Shown here: positions 23,049-33,361 of the stretch, in pieces
Position numbering within the stretch: position 1 is the stretch's first letter
Layout of the letters: each line of letters begins with the position of its first letter
IMG/VR virus record: IMGVR_UViG_3300009702_000007
Span: 1-41,110 of that record
From: a virus
Direction: 5' to 3' (one strand)
Length of the DNA: 41,110 nt
Translations under genes and position numbers: made by a program
Notes under the pieces: model-generated
What the model was told of the DNA's origin: nothing
Database searches by the model: none
Seen by the model: only the letters and a program-made list of their open reading frames with translations

Positions 23049-24609
23049 CGCAGACCGCTTCGCCGACCTCTGCCTCGAAATCGTCGACGGCGACACCGGC
23101 GAGATGCTGCTCGACGTCGGCGGCGTCTGGGACCGCAAATTCGGCCGCTGGGACGGCGCCGACCCGAGCACGTGCATTCGTTGCGAGGCGCACCCCGGCC
23201 AGGTCGAGGCGGTGCACCTGTATCGCGAGCGGCTCGAGGCCAGGCTCGCCGGGCACACGGTCGACTGGCACACGCTGTTGCTCTACGGCGGCACGCGCGC
23301 CGGCAAGACTACGCTCGGCGAGTGGCTCACGGTCGCAGAGCTGATCGCGCGGCCGCGCGCACGCGTGCCCCTGATTCAGCACGTCGAGGTCGAGCGTTAC
23401 CCCGAGATCGAAAAAGAGCTGGACGAAATGCTGCCGCCGACGCTGTTCGAAAAGGTCGGCGCATCGTACGTGACCGTGCACGGTTCGCAGGCGTGGATCA
23501 TGAGCGCGCGCAATCCGCAGTCCGTCAAGGTGGGCCGCATGGATGCCGCGTTCGTCAACGAGGCCCAGCGGGTCAAGCAACTAGCGTGGCAGCTGGCGGT
23601 CATGCGCCTGAGCGATACCAACGGCCTGTGCATCCTGGCGTGCAACCCGAGCAACGACGACGCAGATGGCGAGTGGGTCGACGAGCTCTATGACGCGGCC
23701 AAGGACGGCCGCGAACCATCCGTGCGGCAGTGCCACTGCCACTACAGCCAGAACCCGCACGTGACGCACGAACAAATCCAGTCAATCAAGCGCACGATGA
23801 GCAAGCGCGACGCCGAGATCGAGATCGAGGGCAAGCGCCAGCAGCCGAGCAGCGCCGTGCTCTATGCGTGGTCGAGCGAGAACCTGCGCCCGATGCCGAC
23901 GTTTGGCGATATCACCGAGCTCGCCGCGCAGCGCTGGGGGTTCGGCCGCGGTGTGCGAGACATCGTCGGGCAGGACTACCAGCTACAGCCGATGATCGCG
24001 ACGGTCAGCCGCGCGTATCAAAACCCGCACGATGAGCGTACGCCGTTGTGGTGGACGTACGCGCTAATTGTCGTCGAGGACGGCAACGAGCAGCACCTCA
24101 GCAACGCCATGTACGAATTCGGTCTAGCCCCGTCGGCCACGGCAATCGTCGGCGACGGGTCCGGTGAGTTTCAGGACGTCGAGCGCACGAAGGGTGGTCA
24201 CAGCTTTACGCACATGCGCAACGCCGGATGGAAGCGAATCTACACGCCGGTGCGCGGCACCACCAAGAACCCGGATCTCATCGTGCGCATGAAGAACGCC
24301 AACCGCCTGCTCGAGAACGCCGACGGGGTGCGCATAGCCTTCATCGACCCCGACGTGGGCGAGACGTTCTTGAAGCGCAACGGGCTGCAGTGGACGTCCG
24401 AGGCGCAACCGGCCGAGCGTCTGGTCGAGATGCTGCGCACGTACAAAAGAAAGAGCGCGGTCCCGGATCGGCGCGCACGGCAGGCCCACTACTGGGACGG
24501 CTGGTCCTACCCGCTGCATCGCTGCTATCCGCCGATCGTTCACGTCGAGAGGGTAGGCTACAGGTCACTACGCAAGCGGCGACGGCCGCGGCAGATGAAG
24601 GGCTTTTGA
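22996..24609 (+). CDS. terL: Terminase large subunit
   Basis: Walker A-like LLLYGGTRAGKTT. 537 aa. Nuclease-half motifs plausible. Immediately upstream of the portal gene. The start (GTG 22996) is uncertain. Confidence 0.85.
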   Translation: MPRAAGRDVFARRLRGSSADRFADLCLEIVDGDTGEMLLDVGGVWDRKFGRWDGADPSTCIRCEAHPGQVEAVHLYRERLEARLAGHTVDWHTLLLYGGTRAGKTTLGEWLTVAELIARPRARVPLIQHVEVERYPEIEKELDEMLPPTLFEKVGASYVTVHGSQAWIMSARNPQSVKVGRMDAAFVNEAQRVKQLAWQLAVMRLSDTNGLCILACNPSNDDADGEWVDELYDAAKDGREPSVRQCHCHYSQNPHVTHEQIQSIKRTMSKRDAEIEIEGKRQQPSSAVLYAWSSENLRPMPTFGDITELAAQRWGFGRGVRDIVGQDYQLQPMIATVSRAYQNPHDERTPLWWTYALIVVEDGNEQHLSNAMYEFGLAPSATAIVGDGSGEFQDVERTKGGHSFTHMRNAGWKRIYTPVRGTTKNPDLIVRMKNANRLLENADGVRIAFIDPDVGETFLKRNGLQWTSEAQPAERLVEMLRTYKRKSAVPDRRARQAHYWDGWSYPLHRCYPPIVHVERVGYRSLRKRRRPRQMKGF

Positions 24610-25952
24610 TGATCCTCAACGAACGCGGCCAGCCGTATCCAGATCGACAGAAGCCCCGACTCATCGGCGGCCGGCAGCCGCGTGGGCGCATGGCGCGGCT
24701 GTACAACGCGCCGCCGCTGCCCCTGCCCCTGGCGCCGCCGCGCGGCATCACCGCCAGCGCGCTGCGGGACATGGCGATCATCAACCACCCGGGCCACGAC
24801 CTCAACCCGGAAACGGTGATCGCGGTCTACGGCCGCGCCGAGCGCGGCTGGTCGCGCGACCAGTGCGACATGTTCACCGACGTCATCGAGATGGACGGGC
24901 ACCTACGCGCCGCCATCGAGTCGCGTCTGCTCACGATCGTCGGCAAGCCGTGGTCGGTCATCCCGGGCCAGGGCGGACCCGGCAACGATCGGCAGACCGA
25001 GGTGCTCGCAGAGATCTGCCACGGCGCGCTCAAGGACACCAATTTCCTCGATGCGCTGGGCATGAGCCTTGCCGCGCGCGCCATCGGTTTCGCGGGCTCC
25101 GAGATCCACTGGCGGCTCGTAGACGGCGACATCATTCCGGTCTGGTTTACGCAGGTTCCCTTCAATCGCTTCGCGTTCGACGCGTACGGCGAGCCGCGCT
25201 ATGTCAGCGACCTGGCCGACATGTCGGGCATCCCGCTCGATCCGGGCCTGTGGTGGTGGAGCGTCAACTCGACGCCGTTCACCCAGGTCCTTGCGCGCGC
25301 CGGCCTGATGCGTACCGCCACGTGGTACTCGCTATACAAGCGCTGGTCGTGGCGCGACTGGGTCATCTATGCCGAGCGCTTCGGGCTGCCGCTCGTCGTC
25401 GGCAAGTACGACCCCGATGGCGATGAGAATGACTACGACGTGCTCACCGACGCGGTCGAGAACCTCGGCGACGACGGCTATGCGGTGCATAGCAAGCATG
25501 CCGAAATCGACATCAACGAGGCCCAGCGCGGCGGCGACTCGAACAACCTGCACGCGGGCATCGTGCACGAAGCCAACCTCGAGATTAGCAAGCTGTTCAC
25601 CGGCGCGACGCTGAACATGGAGACCGGCAGCAAGGGCAGCTACGCCCAGGCCGACATCCACGCCAACCGCGAGTTCCACTTGATCCTGGCGGACATGCAG
25701 CAGCTTGTGCAATCGGCGCTGCAACGCTGCGTGTTTGGGCCGATGCGCCACTACAACGGCTTGACCGAGGCCAGGCTGCCCGAGCTCAAGGTCGAGCTCG
25801 AGCAGGAGGCCGATCCCGAAAAGCGCGTGCGCGTGCGCCAGATGTACCACGCGATGGGGCTGCCCTTGTCCAAGTCGCAGCTGTACGCCGAGAGCGGACT
25901 ACGGCCGCCGGCGAACGAGGCCGACACGTTGGCGGCCTCGCCGGACAAGTAG
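24609..25952 (+). CDS. Portal protein, Mu gp29 (DUF935) type
   Basis: TGATG overlap with terL. YKRWSWRDWVIYAERFGLPLVVGKYD is characteristic of DUF935 portals. The N-terminal 127 aa in the track look spurious. Confidence 0.85.
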   Translation: MILNERGQPYPDRQKPRLIGGRQPRGRMARLYNAPPLPLPLAPPRGITASALRDMAIINHPGHDLNPETVIAVYGRAERGWSRDQCDMFTDVIEMDGHLRAAIESRLLTIVGKPWSVIPGQGGPGNDRQTEVLAEICHGALKDTNFLDALGMSLAARAIGFAGSEIHWRLVDGDIIPVWFTQVPFNRFAFDAYGEPRYVSDLADMSGIPLDPGLWWWSVNSTPFTQVLARAGLMRTATWYSLYKRWSWRDWVIYAERFGLPLVVGKYDPDGDENDYDVLTDAVENLGDDGYAVHSKHAEIDINEAQRGGDSNNLHAGIVHEANLEISKLFTGATLNMETGSKGSYAQADIHANREFHLILADMQQLVQSALQRCVFGPMRHYNGLTEARLPELKVELEQEADPEKRVRVRQMYHAMGLPLSKSQLYAESGLRPPANEADTLAASPDK

Positions 25953-25983
25953 GCGGATCACAGCGTTGCCTCAGCGTTGACGC

Positions 25984-27225
25984 GTGACGCAACCGACATA
26001 CGAGATCCCCGACAGCATTTGCCGCTCGGCGGCGCACCATGTCGACGCGGGCGAGCTGCGCGCCACCTCGGGCGGTAGCGCGTTCTCCCTGGCAGCCGAC
26101 GACGAAAAGCGCACCGAGCTGCTCGCCATGGCGCGCGCCGGCGAGGTAGTCGAGCTCGATATATCGTTTGTCGCGTACCGCCAGCAGCGCGGGCAGAGCA
26201 ACGCCAATTACACCCGCTTCGCCGCGGATATCCTCGCCGACGTGTGCGCATCGTTTGAGGGGTTGCCGCTTCTACGCGACCACAACACGCACAACATCGA
26301 CGCGCGCGCCGGAACCGTCATCGGCGCCCGCTACAAGCGCATCCGCGGCGGCGGCGAGTTCCACCTGACGGGCCGCGTGACCGCGCAGTGGGCGGTGGTG
26401 GCCGTGCTCGAGGGCAACCTCGACCGGTTCAGCATCGCGTGGGTGCACGGCGGACGCGAGACGATCATTTGCTCGGCGTGCGACTCGGCGATCCTCACCG
26501 AGTGCTACCACTGGCCGGGCGACCTGGTCGAGCGGCAGAAAAAGACGATCCGCGCGGAGTGGATCTACACGGTGGCCAGGGGCCGCGAGGCGTCGGGGGT
26601 AAGCGACCCGGCCGTCGACGGCACCGGTATCGAGGGGATTCGCGCATCGCTGAACGCGGCAAACCTGCCTTGCGCCACACCCACCACGGAGGATGACAGC
26701 ATGTCGCTCAAAGCAATCGCCAAGTCCCTGGGTCTGTCCGAAGACGCGACGGCCGATGACATCGAAGCCGCCATCAAGGCCAAGCAGGGCCAGCTCGACG
26801 CCGCTGCCAGCGAGGCCGCTCAGCTGCGCACCGCCAAAGAGGCCGCCGAGGCCGCGGCCGCGGCCTCGGCCGACAAGGCACGCGCCGCCGAGATCGACCA
26901 GCTGTTCGCCAAGCACGTGAACAAGTTTCCGGTCGCGCGCGACGGCGACGGCAACAAGGTCCGTCACCCCGAAGATGTGCAGCTCCGCGAGCTCGCGGCC
27001 ACACAGTACGACTTCGTCGAAGGGCTGCTCGAGGCCAAATCGCCGTACACCCCGGCCGACGGCCCGCCGGTACATACGCCCGAGCCGACCGGCGACCCGG
27101 CCAATCCCGCGGCCCTGTCGTACGACAGCAACCCGGGCCTCAGGAAGGCCTGCAAGCAGCTCGGCGTGAGCGCCGACGACTTCGCCCAATTCAACCCCGT
27201 CAACGGAACCGCGTTCGACGCGTAG
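25984..27225 (+). CDS. Prohead protease fused to a scaffold-like C-terminal region
   Basis: Lies between the portal and capsid genes. The C-terminal half is Ala/Glu/Lys-rich and helical (MSLKAIAKSLGLSEDATADDIEAAIKAKQGQLDAAASEAAQLRTAKEAAEAAAAA). Confidence 0.65.
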   Translation: MTQPTYEIPDSICRSAAHHVDAGELRATSGGSAFSLAADDEKRTELLAMARAGEVVELDISFVAYRQQRGQSNANYTRFAADILADVCASFEGLPLLRDHNTHNIDARAGTVIGARYKRIRGGGEFHLTGRVTAQWAVVAVLEGNLDRFSIAWVHGGRETIICSACDSAILTECYHWPGDLVERQKKTIRAEWIYTVARGREASGVSDPAVDGTGIEGIRASLNAANLPCATPTTEDDSMSLKAIAKSLGLSEDATADDIEAAIKAKQGQLDAAASEAAQLRTAKEAAEAAAAASADKARAAEIDQLFAKHVNKFPVARDGDGNKVRHPEDVQLRELAATQYDFVEGLLEAKSPYTPADGPPVHTPEPTGDPANPAALSYDSNPGLRKACKQLGVSADDFAQFNPVNGTAFDA

Positions 27226-27234
27226 GAGACGACC

Positions 27235-28017
27235 ATGACCGCACTCGCCAAAGACACCACGGCCCGACGCTGGAAAGAACCAGGCGTCATCGTGTCGTGC
27301 CCCGTCGCTGCGGACGACACGATTTACAAAGGCGCGATGTTCGTGCTCGATGCGTCGGGCAACGCCATCCCCCTGGCTGACACCGCGGCCGTCGCCGCCG
27401 GCAAGCCCAAGTCGGTACTCGTCGCCCTCGAGCAGGCCGACAACACCGGCGGGGCCGCCGGTGACATCAACGTCCGCGGCCAAAAGGGCGTGGTATCGAT
27501 CGCCACCAGCGGCGGCAGCGCCATCGACGCGACCGACCGCGATCGCACCGTGTACGCGCTCGACGACAACACCGTCGTCAAGGCGGCCGGCGTCACAAAC
27601 AAGATCCCGGTCGGTCGGCTGCACTCGATCGAGGATGGCCACTACTTCATCACGCTGCGGGACAAAGAAGACTCGCTCGCGTCCGGTGTCGCCCAGGCCA
27701 TCTACGACCACGCCGACGACGTCGGGGTCAACGAGCTCGTGGCCGCGGCGCCGTACGACCGCTCCGTGCTGTGCGTCGCCAAGGTGACCGAGACGCTCGC
27801 GGGGACCACGACGACCCCGACCTATGAGGTTGGGTCGGTGACCGCCGCCGACGCGCTCGGCGTGTTCAACGCCGGCGCGCAGGCCGACGTGAGCGGAATC
27901 AGGATTTTACAGGGCGTGCTGCCCGCGGGCGAGTCGCTCGACGTGACGGTCACCAACGGCACCGGGGGCTCGGAGGCCGGAAAAGTTCAGTTCACCGCGA
28001 TCGCGGTGCCGCTGTAA
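27235..28017 (+). CDS. Head decoration/cement-type protein (DUF2190-like N-domain plus an extra C-domain)
   Basis: AGGAG lies before the ATG. DTIYKGAMFVLDASGNAIPLAD...INVRGQKGVVSIATSG...TVYALDDNTV resembles DUF2190. Located just upstream of the major capsid gene. Confidence 0.55.
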   Translation: MTALAKDTTARRWKEPGVIVSCPVAADDTIYKGAMFVLDASGNAIPLADTAAVAAGKPKSVLVALEQADNTGGAAGDINVRGQKGVVSIATSGGSAIDATDRDRTVYALDDNTVVKAAGVTNKIPVGRLHSIEDGHYFITLRDKEDSLASGVAQAIYDHADDVGVNELVAAAPYDRSVLCVAKVTETLAGTTTTPTYEVGSVTAADALGVFNAGAQADVSGIRILQGVLPAGESLDVTVTNGTGGSEAGKVQFTAIAVPL

Positions 28018-28055
28018 GCGCGCGGTGAGCGCAGGAACCTAGCAGGGAGACAGCA

Positions 28056-28982
28056 ATGCCAATCGGCGGACAAATCGCAAACCAGGTCAAGATCGAAAAC
28101 GCGCAGGTCGCGTTTTCGACGGCCTTCAGCAAGGCGTTCACGCTCACCGAGGATCCGCTCGTCGTCCTCGCGAGCGAGCAGACCGGCAACACGCCGACGG
28201 TCGACGTCAAGATGTTCAGTTTGTCGCGGTCGATGCGCGAGTGGACCGACCAGCGCCAGCTGGCCGAGAAGCGCGCTGAGAACGTGCAGTGCACCGCGCA
28301 CGACTTCGAGACGTCCGAGCGCGCCAACGTCAACGACATCATGGACGACAACCTTGGCGCCTACAGCGACATGATGGGCGACATGGGGTCGGCGGCGAAG
28401 CTGCACTACGGCGAGCTCACCGTCGACGCGCTCAACAACGGGTGGTCCGCCTCAAGCCCCTTCGGCCTGTGCTACGACGGCAAGCCGCTGTTCAGTGCGA
28501 CGCACCAGGAGGGCGAGGGCTCGGCGTGGGACAACACCAGCACCGCGGTGTTTTCCTACGACGCGCTCTGGACGCTGTGGGAGGCGATGGCCAGCCAGAA
28601 AGACGAGTTCGAGCGCCCGCTGCGCATCCGGCCCAATACGCTCGTCGTCGGGCCCAGCCTGGCGCGGACCGCGATGCAGGCCCTGGGCGCCGACCTCATC
28701 AACGATGGCGCCAACGTGCAGGTCACCAACGTCACCGGCAACCTGAAGCTCAACCTTCTGCTGTCCGAGTCGCTCATCGGCGCGTACGCCAACTACTGGT
28801 ACCTGGCCGACCTGAGCCGACGCGCCAAGCCTATCGGCATCTACAAGCGGCAGACGATCCAGCTCGGGTTCAGCGATATCGACGTCTTCAAGACCAAGGA
28901 AATGTACGTCGGGGCCGATTCGCGCGACTACGCCTACTACGGATTGCCTCAGCTGATCTACGGTTCCACCGGCGGCGGCTAG
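28056..28982 (+). CDS. Major capsid protein, Mu gpT family
   Basis: MREWTDQRQ...FETSERANVNDIMDDNLGAY...GLCYDGKPLFSATH fits the Mu-like gpT pattern. 308 aa. Confidence 0.85.
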   Translation: MPIGGQIANQVKIENAQVAFSTAFSKAFTLTEDPLVVLASEQTGNTPTVDVKMFSLSRSMREWTDQRQLAEKRAENVQCTAHDFETSERANVNDIMDDNLGAYSDMMGDMGSAAKLHYGELTVDALNNGWSASSPFGLCYDGKPLFSATHQEGEGSAWDNTSTAVFSYDALWTLWEAMASQKDEFERPLRIRPNTLVVGPSLARTAMQALGADLINDGANVQVTNVTGNLKLNLLLSESLIGAYANYWYLADLSRRAKPIGIYKRQTIQLGFSDIDVFKTKEMYVGADSRDYAYYGLPQLIYGSTGGG

Positions 28983-29005
28983 TCGCCGCACCACACCGAC
29001 CGCTG

Positions 29006-29617
29006 ATGATGGGCCAGGTAATCACCCTGGAGACCCACGTGGCGAAAAAGACCAAGACGAAGAAGGCGAAGGCCCAGGCGAAGGTCCAGGCGAAGGTCGA
29101 GGGTGATGTGTCCCCGGCAGATCAGCTCGAGGATCCGGCTGCGCTCGTCGACGCGGCTCGCGCAGAGGCCGCGCAGAGGCTCAGAGACGCCGAGGAGCGC
29201 ATCGCCAAGATGGAGCACGACTCGATGAGCCGCGTCCGCGCCGAGCTCGACGAGGAGCGCGCCAAGATGGAGTCGATCGTGACCGTGTACGTCTGCGCGC
29301 GCAACCGCCGCGCCAACTGGCCGGCCCTATATCGGCCAAACGCGCGCGTTTACGCGCCGCCCGTCGTTACCGAGATGGAGGTAACGCAGCTCCAGCGCAA
29401 AGCGCTGCGCGCCGACAGCATGGTCCACTGCTGGGACGAGCGGCCCACCGCCCCGCCGGCGACCGCAGTCCGCCACAAGTCTGCACCCGTGTCACCCAAG
29501 GGGCTTCTCGCCGGCGCGAAGGGCCACAACCCCAAGCCGCGCCAGCCGCGGCGCAACCCCAAGCAGCGCGGCCGTGGCGATGACTTCTTGACGCCGCCGA
29601 GCAAGCGCGGAGGGTAG
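29006..29617 (+). CDS. Hypothetical head-associated protein (Lys-rich N-terminus, coiled coil, basic C-terminus)
   Basis: ATG at 29006. High third-position GC throughout. The earlier part of track ORF 28289..29617 overlaps the capsid gene. Confidence 0.65.
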   Translation: MMGQVITLETHVAKKTKTKKAKAQAKVQAKVEGDVSPADQLEDPAALVDAARAEAAQRLRDAEERIAKMEHDSMSRVRAELDEERAKMESIVTVYVCARNRRANWPALYRPNARVYAPPVVTEMEVTQLQRKALRADSMVHCWDERPTAPPATAVRHKSAPVSPKGLLAGAKGHNPKPRQPRRNPKQRGRGDDFLTPPSKRGG

Positions 29618-29620
29618 CAG

Positions 29621-30073
29621 GTGCCGACCCCCCGCTACGCCGTGCGCGCCGACGTTGAGCGCGCTGCAGGCGGCGCCGCGCAGCTTGTGCAGATCGCCGA
29701 CCACGACGCCGACGGCGTCGAGGACACCGGGCTCGTCGACGAGTACCTGTGCGATGCCGAGGCGATGGTCGACAGCTACTGGCGTTGTCGTTACGAGCGC
29801 TCGCCCGACCCGGTGCCGCGCGTCCTTATGCGCATCACGGCCAAGCTCACGGTATACAAGCTCAAGGCCGACGCCGCGCACGGTGCGACGATCAGCGAGT
29901 TCGAGCAAAACGAGCACGAAGAACACCTCAACTGGCTCAGCGACCTGGCCGCCGGCAAGGTCGACCCCGGCGTGAGCCCCACACCGGCGCGCAGCCCGCG
30001 CAACCGCCAGGCGCGCAGCGAACAGCCGACGACGAACCGCACGCGTCGCGAGGCGTTCAAGGGGTTCGTATGA
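29621..30073 (+). CDS. Head-tail connector protein, Mu gp36/DUF1320-like
   Basis: YAVRADVERAAGG..LVQIADHD....VDEYLCDAEAMVDSYWRCRY resembles DUF1320. Position supports the call. Confidence 0.6.
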   Translation: MPTPRYAVRADVERAAGGAAQLVQIADHDADGVEDTGLVDEYLCDAEAMVDSYWRCRYERSPDPVPRVLMRITAKLTVYKLKADAAHGATISEFEQNEHEEHLNWLSDLAAGKVDPGVSPTPARSPRNRQARSEQPTTNRTRREAFKGFV

Positions 30074-30116
30074 GCGCCGACGACAAACTCTCCCTCTCCC
30101 TCGATGTTGCTGGCTG

Positions 30117-30650
30117 TTGATCGGCGCCAGCCACATAGACCTACGCAAGCTCGACCGCGCCATTCGTCGCGCCACGGTCGCGGGGGCTGACCTGCGCCCG
30201 GTGTGGCGCGCAATGCGACGCGCACTGCGCAAGGATCAGGGCGAGCACATGAAGAAACAGCAGGGCCCGAAGGGCAGGTGGCCGGGCCCCAGTGCCGCCA
30301 CGCTCAATCGCCGCCTCCGCGCCGGCGGCATCGGAAAAAAGTTCACCAAGCGCGGCAATCGGTTGAAAAAACGCCACAGCCGTCGGCTCGGTCGCGTGCT
30401 GTCACGCAAGCTGCTCTCGCGTGCGCGAATCAAACTGCGCCCGACGTTCATGCGCCTTTTCACGGTGCCGGGCAAGCCCGGGCGTGGCGGTCGGCGAGCC
30501 AAGGGTGCCGGCGTGCACCAGCGCGGCGGCAAAGCGGGCCGCCCGCGCGTGACCATCCCGCAACGCCAGTTTCTCTGGATCTCGACGGCGCTTACTCGGA
30601 AGGTTGTCGCCGCGGCCGCCACACATCTGGTCGAGCATTTCGAGCGGTAG
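30117..30650 (+). CDS. Virion morphogenesis protein, Mu gpG-like
   Basis: IDLRKLDRAIRR...DLRPVWRAMRR...GPKGRWPG...IPQRQFLWIS fits the gpG/tail-completion family. TTG start. Confidence 0.6.
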   Translation: MIGASHIDLRKLDRAIRRATVAGADLRPVWRAMRRALRKDQGEHMKKQQGPKGRWPGPSAATLNRRLRAGGIGKKFTKRGNRLKKRHSRRLGRVLSRKLLSRARIKLRPTFMRLFTVPGKPGRGGRRAKGAGVHQRGGKAGRPRVTIPQRQFLWISTALTRKVVAAAATHLVEHFER

Positions 30651-31256
30651 ATGGCGATCAGCAAGCGACAAGAGATCGAGGACGCGGTCATTACTGCGCT
30701 GTCAGCGCTGCTGCGGCCAACCAAGTACCTGGCGGCGATCGACGCGTACAATGGCGAGCTCGACCGCTTCGAGGGCGCGGACGATGTGCGCGCGGCGTTG
30801 TCGGGGGTACCCGGGATTTTGGTGGCGGGTGGCGATGGTCGCTACAGCGCGCAGGGCACGACCCGTCGCCGCTTCGCCAAACAGATTCAGATCGAGCTGT
30901 TGCTCGTATCGGCGCACGGGCGCGCTCAACACGCACGCACGCGGGCCGACGCCGCGGCCCAGGCCAGCGTGCTGCGTGACCCGGGCGTGTACCTGATCGA
31001 GGAGGATGTGTTCAGCTTGCTCGCCGGCGAGGACCTCGGCATCGACACGGCGGGCCAGTTGATGCCCGTCGCCGAGACGCTGCTGTTTGAGCTGCCGGAT
31101 CTCACAGCCCGACACGTGACCTATAATGTCACCCACGACGTGCGCAAAACAAACCTGGATCACGGCACCGAACCACTATCGGGATACCGGATCGAAACCA
31201 ACCTCGAGGATGGCGAGCCCCTCAACCCGTTGGCCGAGCGCGAGAAAGTCTACTAG
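30651..31256 (+). CDS. Mu gp37/DUF1834-like tail-proximal protein
   Basis: ATG follows the upstream TAG directly. AIDAYNGELD....VPGILVAGGDG pattern. Position supports the call. Confidence 0.55.
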   Translation: MAISKRQEIEDAVITALSALLRPTKYLAAIDAYNGELDRFEGADDVRAALSGVPGILVAGGDGRYSAQGTTRRRFAKQIQIELLLVSAHGRAQHARTRADAAAQASVLRDPGVYLIEEDVFSLLAGEDLGIDTAGQLMPVAETLLFELPDLTARHVTYNVTHDVRKTNLDHGTEPLSGYRIETNLEDGEPLNPLAEREKVY

Positions 31257-31493
31257 ATGCCACGCAACGAAAAAACAATCGCCGTCACACCGACCAGCGG
31301 GCCGGTATATTTCCCGTCGCGCATCAAGACCGCACCGGGCGCCAAGCCGTTTGCGCTGCAGCCGGGCCAGATGCTCGATGTACCCGAGCGCGACCCATGG
31401 GTGCGCAAGCAACTGCGCGACCGCGGCAAGGCCAAGGCCACCCTCGCGCGCGCCAAGCCCACCGCCAAGAAGGCAAAGAAGGCCAAGGAGTAG
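31257..31493 (+). CDS. Small basic hypothetical protein
   Basis: 78 aa. ATG follows the upstream TAG directly. Confidence 0.6.
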   Translation: MPRNEKTIAVTPTSGPVYFPSRIKTAPGAKPFALQPGQMLDVPERDPWVRKQLRDRGKAKATLARAKPTAKKAKKAKE

Positions 31494-31496
31494 CCA

Positions 31497-32945
31497 ATGA
31501 CGATCGCGCACAGCGTACCCGCCAACATCTTGCGCACCGGCCATTTCGGCCAGATCAACCTCGACGTCGGCACGCAGGGGCTAGCCACGCTAACCCAACC
31601 CGTCGTGTTGATCGGCACGCACGCGGGCGGCACGGCGACGGTCGATACGCCGTATCAGATCTTCAGCGAGACGCAGGCCGAGACGCTGTTCGGCGTCGGC
31701 CTCGAGATCACGATCATGTGCAAGATCGCGCTACGCACCGCCAAGCGCCTCGGCCTGTTCGTGCCGATCTGGGCGATCGGCATAGCCGAGCCGTCCGGCG
31801 GCACCGCCGGCATCTGGAAGTTCACCGTAAGCGCGGGCTCTGCGGCGGTCGGCGGCTCGATCGTGTTCTGGATCAACGATCAGCGGTTCGTCGCGAACGT
31901 CACCGCCAGCGATGATCAGGATGCGGTCGTGCTGGCGATGCTCGCCGCTATCGACGAGCGCCTGGTCGAACTGCCAATTACCGCCGCGGTGGACGGCGTT
32001 TACGCCAACGAGCTCAACCTCACGGTGCGCTGGAAGGGCATCACCGGCCGCGATCTCAATCTGTATGTCGAGGACGTGGCCGCGACGGGGCTGTCGATCA
32101 CGCCGAGCGAGGACACCAACGGCGCCGGCGTCACCGACATCACCAACTCGCTGGCGGCGATCCTCGCGGTCGACCGACACATCGTTGCGATCGCCAACCA
32201 CGACGCGACCGACGTGACCGACCTCAAGGCGCACATGGCGCTGGCCTGGGCGGCGGGCCAGGGCGGATGGCGCTTTTCGGTGCTCGCCGAGACGAGCGCC
32301 ATCGCGACGGCGACGGCGCTCGACCCGAACAACGAGGCGCTGATGACGCTGTCGTACCTCAACAGCAAATCGACGCCCGGCCAGATCACCGCGTGCGCGG
32401 CGGTCGCCATCGCCGGGCAGACGGCGCCAAACAAGAACTTCGACGGGTTCGTGCTGTCCGAGATCGGCACGCCACATGCTCAGGGCGACTGGTACGACAG
32501 CGACGACCTCGAGACCGCGCTCGCCGGCGGCGTTACCCCTCTGCGCGTGAACGGCAACGGCGAGACCGTCATCGAGCGCCTGGTCACCACGCGCACCAAG
32601 GACGCCGCCAGCAACCCGTACGGCAAGGTCCGCGACTATGCGACCATCAATACGCTGGTCTACATGCTCAAGCAGGTCGACATCACCGCCAACAGCCCGA
32701 AGTACTCGGGAAAAAACATGAGCGCGCGCGTCATGAAGGCTTACCGCGACGACGTCTATTCGGCGCACCTCGAGGCCCAGGAGCTCGAGTACATCCAGCA
32801 CGTCGAGGATCACGCCAGCGAGCTCGTCGTCGAAGAGGACACCCAGACCGCGGGCCGCATGGTCCTGAGCCAGCCGGTCGAGCCGGTGCCGAATCTGCAT
32901 CAGAAGGTCACCGTAACCACATTGCGCACCGCCATCGGCGGGTAG
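31497..32945 (+). CDS. Contractile tail sheath protein
   Basis: 482 aa, immediately upstream of the tube, chaperone and tape-measure genes in a Mu-like order. Confidence 0.75.
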   Translation: MTIAHSVPANILRTGHFGQINLDVGTQGLATLTQPVVLIGTHAGGTATVDTPYQIFSETQAETLFGVGLEITIMCKIALRTAKRLGLFVPIWAIGIAEPSGGTAGIWKFTVSAGSAAVGGSIVFWINDQRFVANVTASDDQDAVVLAMLAAIDERLVELPITAAVDGVYANELNLTVRWKGITGRDLNLYVEDVAATGLSITPSEDTNGAGVTDITNSLAAILAVDRHIVAIANHDATDVTDLKAHMALAWAAGQGGWRFSVLAETSAIATATALDPNNEALMTLSYLNSKSTPGQITACAAVAIAGQTAPNKNFDGFVLSEIGTPHAQGDWYDSDDLETALAGGVTPLRVNGNGETVIERLVTTRTKDAASNPYGKVRDYATINTLVYMLKQVDITANSPKYSGKNMSARVMKAYRDDVYSAHLEAQELEYIQHVEDHASELVVEEDTQTAGRMVLSQPVEPVPNLHQKVTVTTLRTAIGG

Positions 32946-32953
32946 GAGCTGCC

Positions 32954-33358
32954 ATGGGCCGCGACGTCGTAGACATCATCCCCATTCGCCTGTCGAGTGA
33001 CTCGCAGGGAGAGAAGGAGCTCGGCTATGTCGAGTCGGCTAAAATGGAGTACACCGCGCCGGTCAACCGCGTGAACCTGATGAACACCCAGCGGTCGAGC
33101 GTGTTCCAGACCGGGCCCGAGGACCCGTCTGCGACGCTCACCTACGTGCCCGAGCTGCTGCTGCGCGAGGTCAACTGGTTCAGCCTGTGGCGCGCCAAAG
33201 AGTCGTTCGAGATCGTGTTCGAATACGGCGTCGGCGGACTGCGCGAGAAAGCGCAGCGGTGTCGAGTCGAGTCGATCAGCGCCAACGCCAGCGCCGAGGG
33301 CGACGCGCGGCAAGAGGTCGCGATCAAGATCGGTAAGATCGTCGAGATCCTCGAGTAG
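32954..33358 (+). CDS. Tail tube protein
   Basis: AGGAG-5 nt-ATG at 32954. 134 aa, between the sheath and chaperone genes. The earlier part of the track ORF overlaps the sheath gene. Confidence 0.65.
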   Translation: MGRDVVDIIPIRLSSDSQGEKELGYVESAKMEYTAPVNRVNLMNTQRSSVFQTGPEDPSATLTYVPELLLREVNWFSLWRAKESFEIVFEYGVGGLREKAQRCRVESISANASAEGDARQEVAIKIGKIVEILE

Positions 33359-33361
33359 CCC

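Noticed and set aside
26272-27711. 479-aa minus-strand ORF antisense to the protease/scaffold and decoration genes. Similar long antisense ORFs occur at 31731..32900, 34394..35545, 28452..28994 and 29492..30232.
   Set aside because: They are typical GC-rich shadow ORFs, with Arg/Gly/Ala/Val/Asp-rich low-complexity translations. They share wobble positions with plus-strand genes that carry family-level signatures. None has a coupled start or SD.
30070-30120. 16-codon mini-ORF (MSADDKLSLSLDVAGC), ATGA-coupled to the gp36-like gene, as a frameshifted N-terminus of the gpG-like gene.
   Set aside because: The TTG-initiated product (MIGASHIDLRKLDRAIRR...) already resembles the normal N-terminus of gpG-type proteins. 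No frameshift is needed. The mini-ORF may be fortuitous or a coupling leader.
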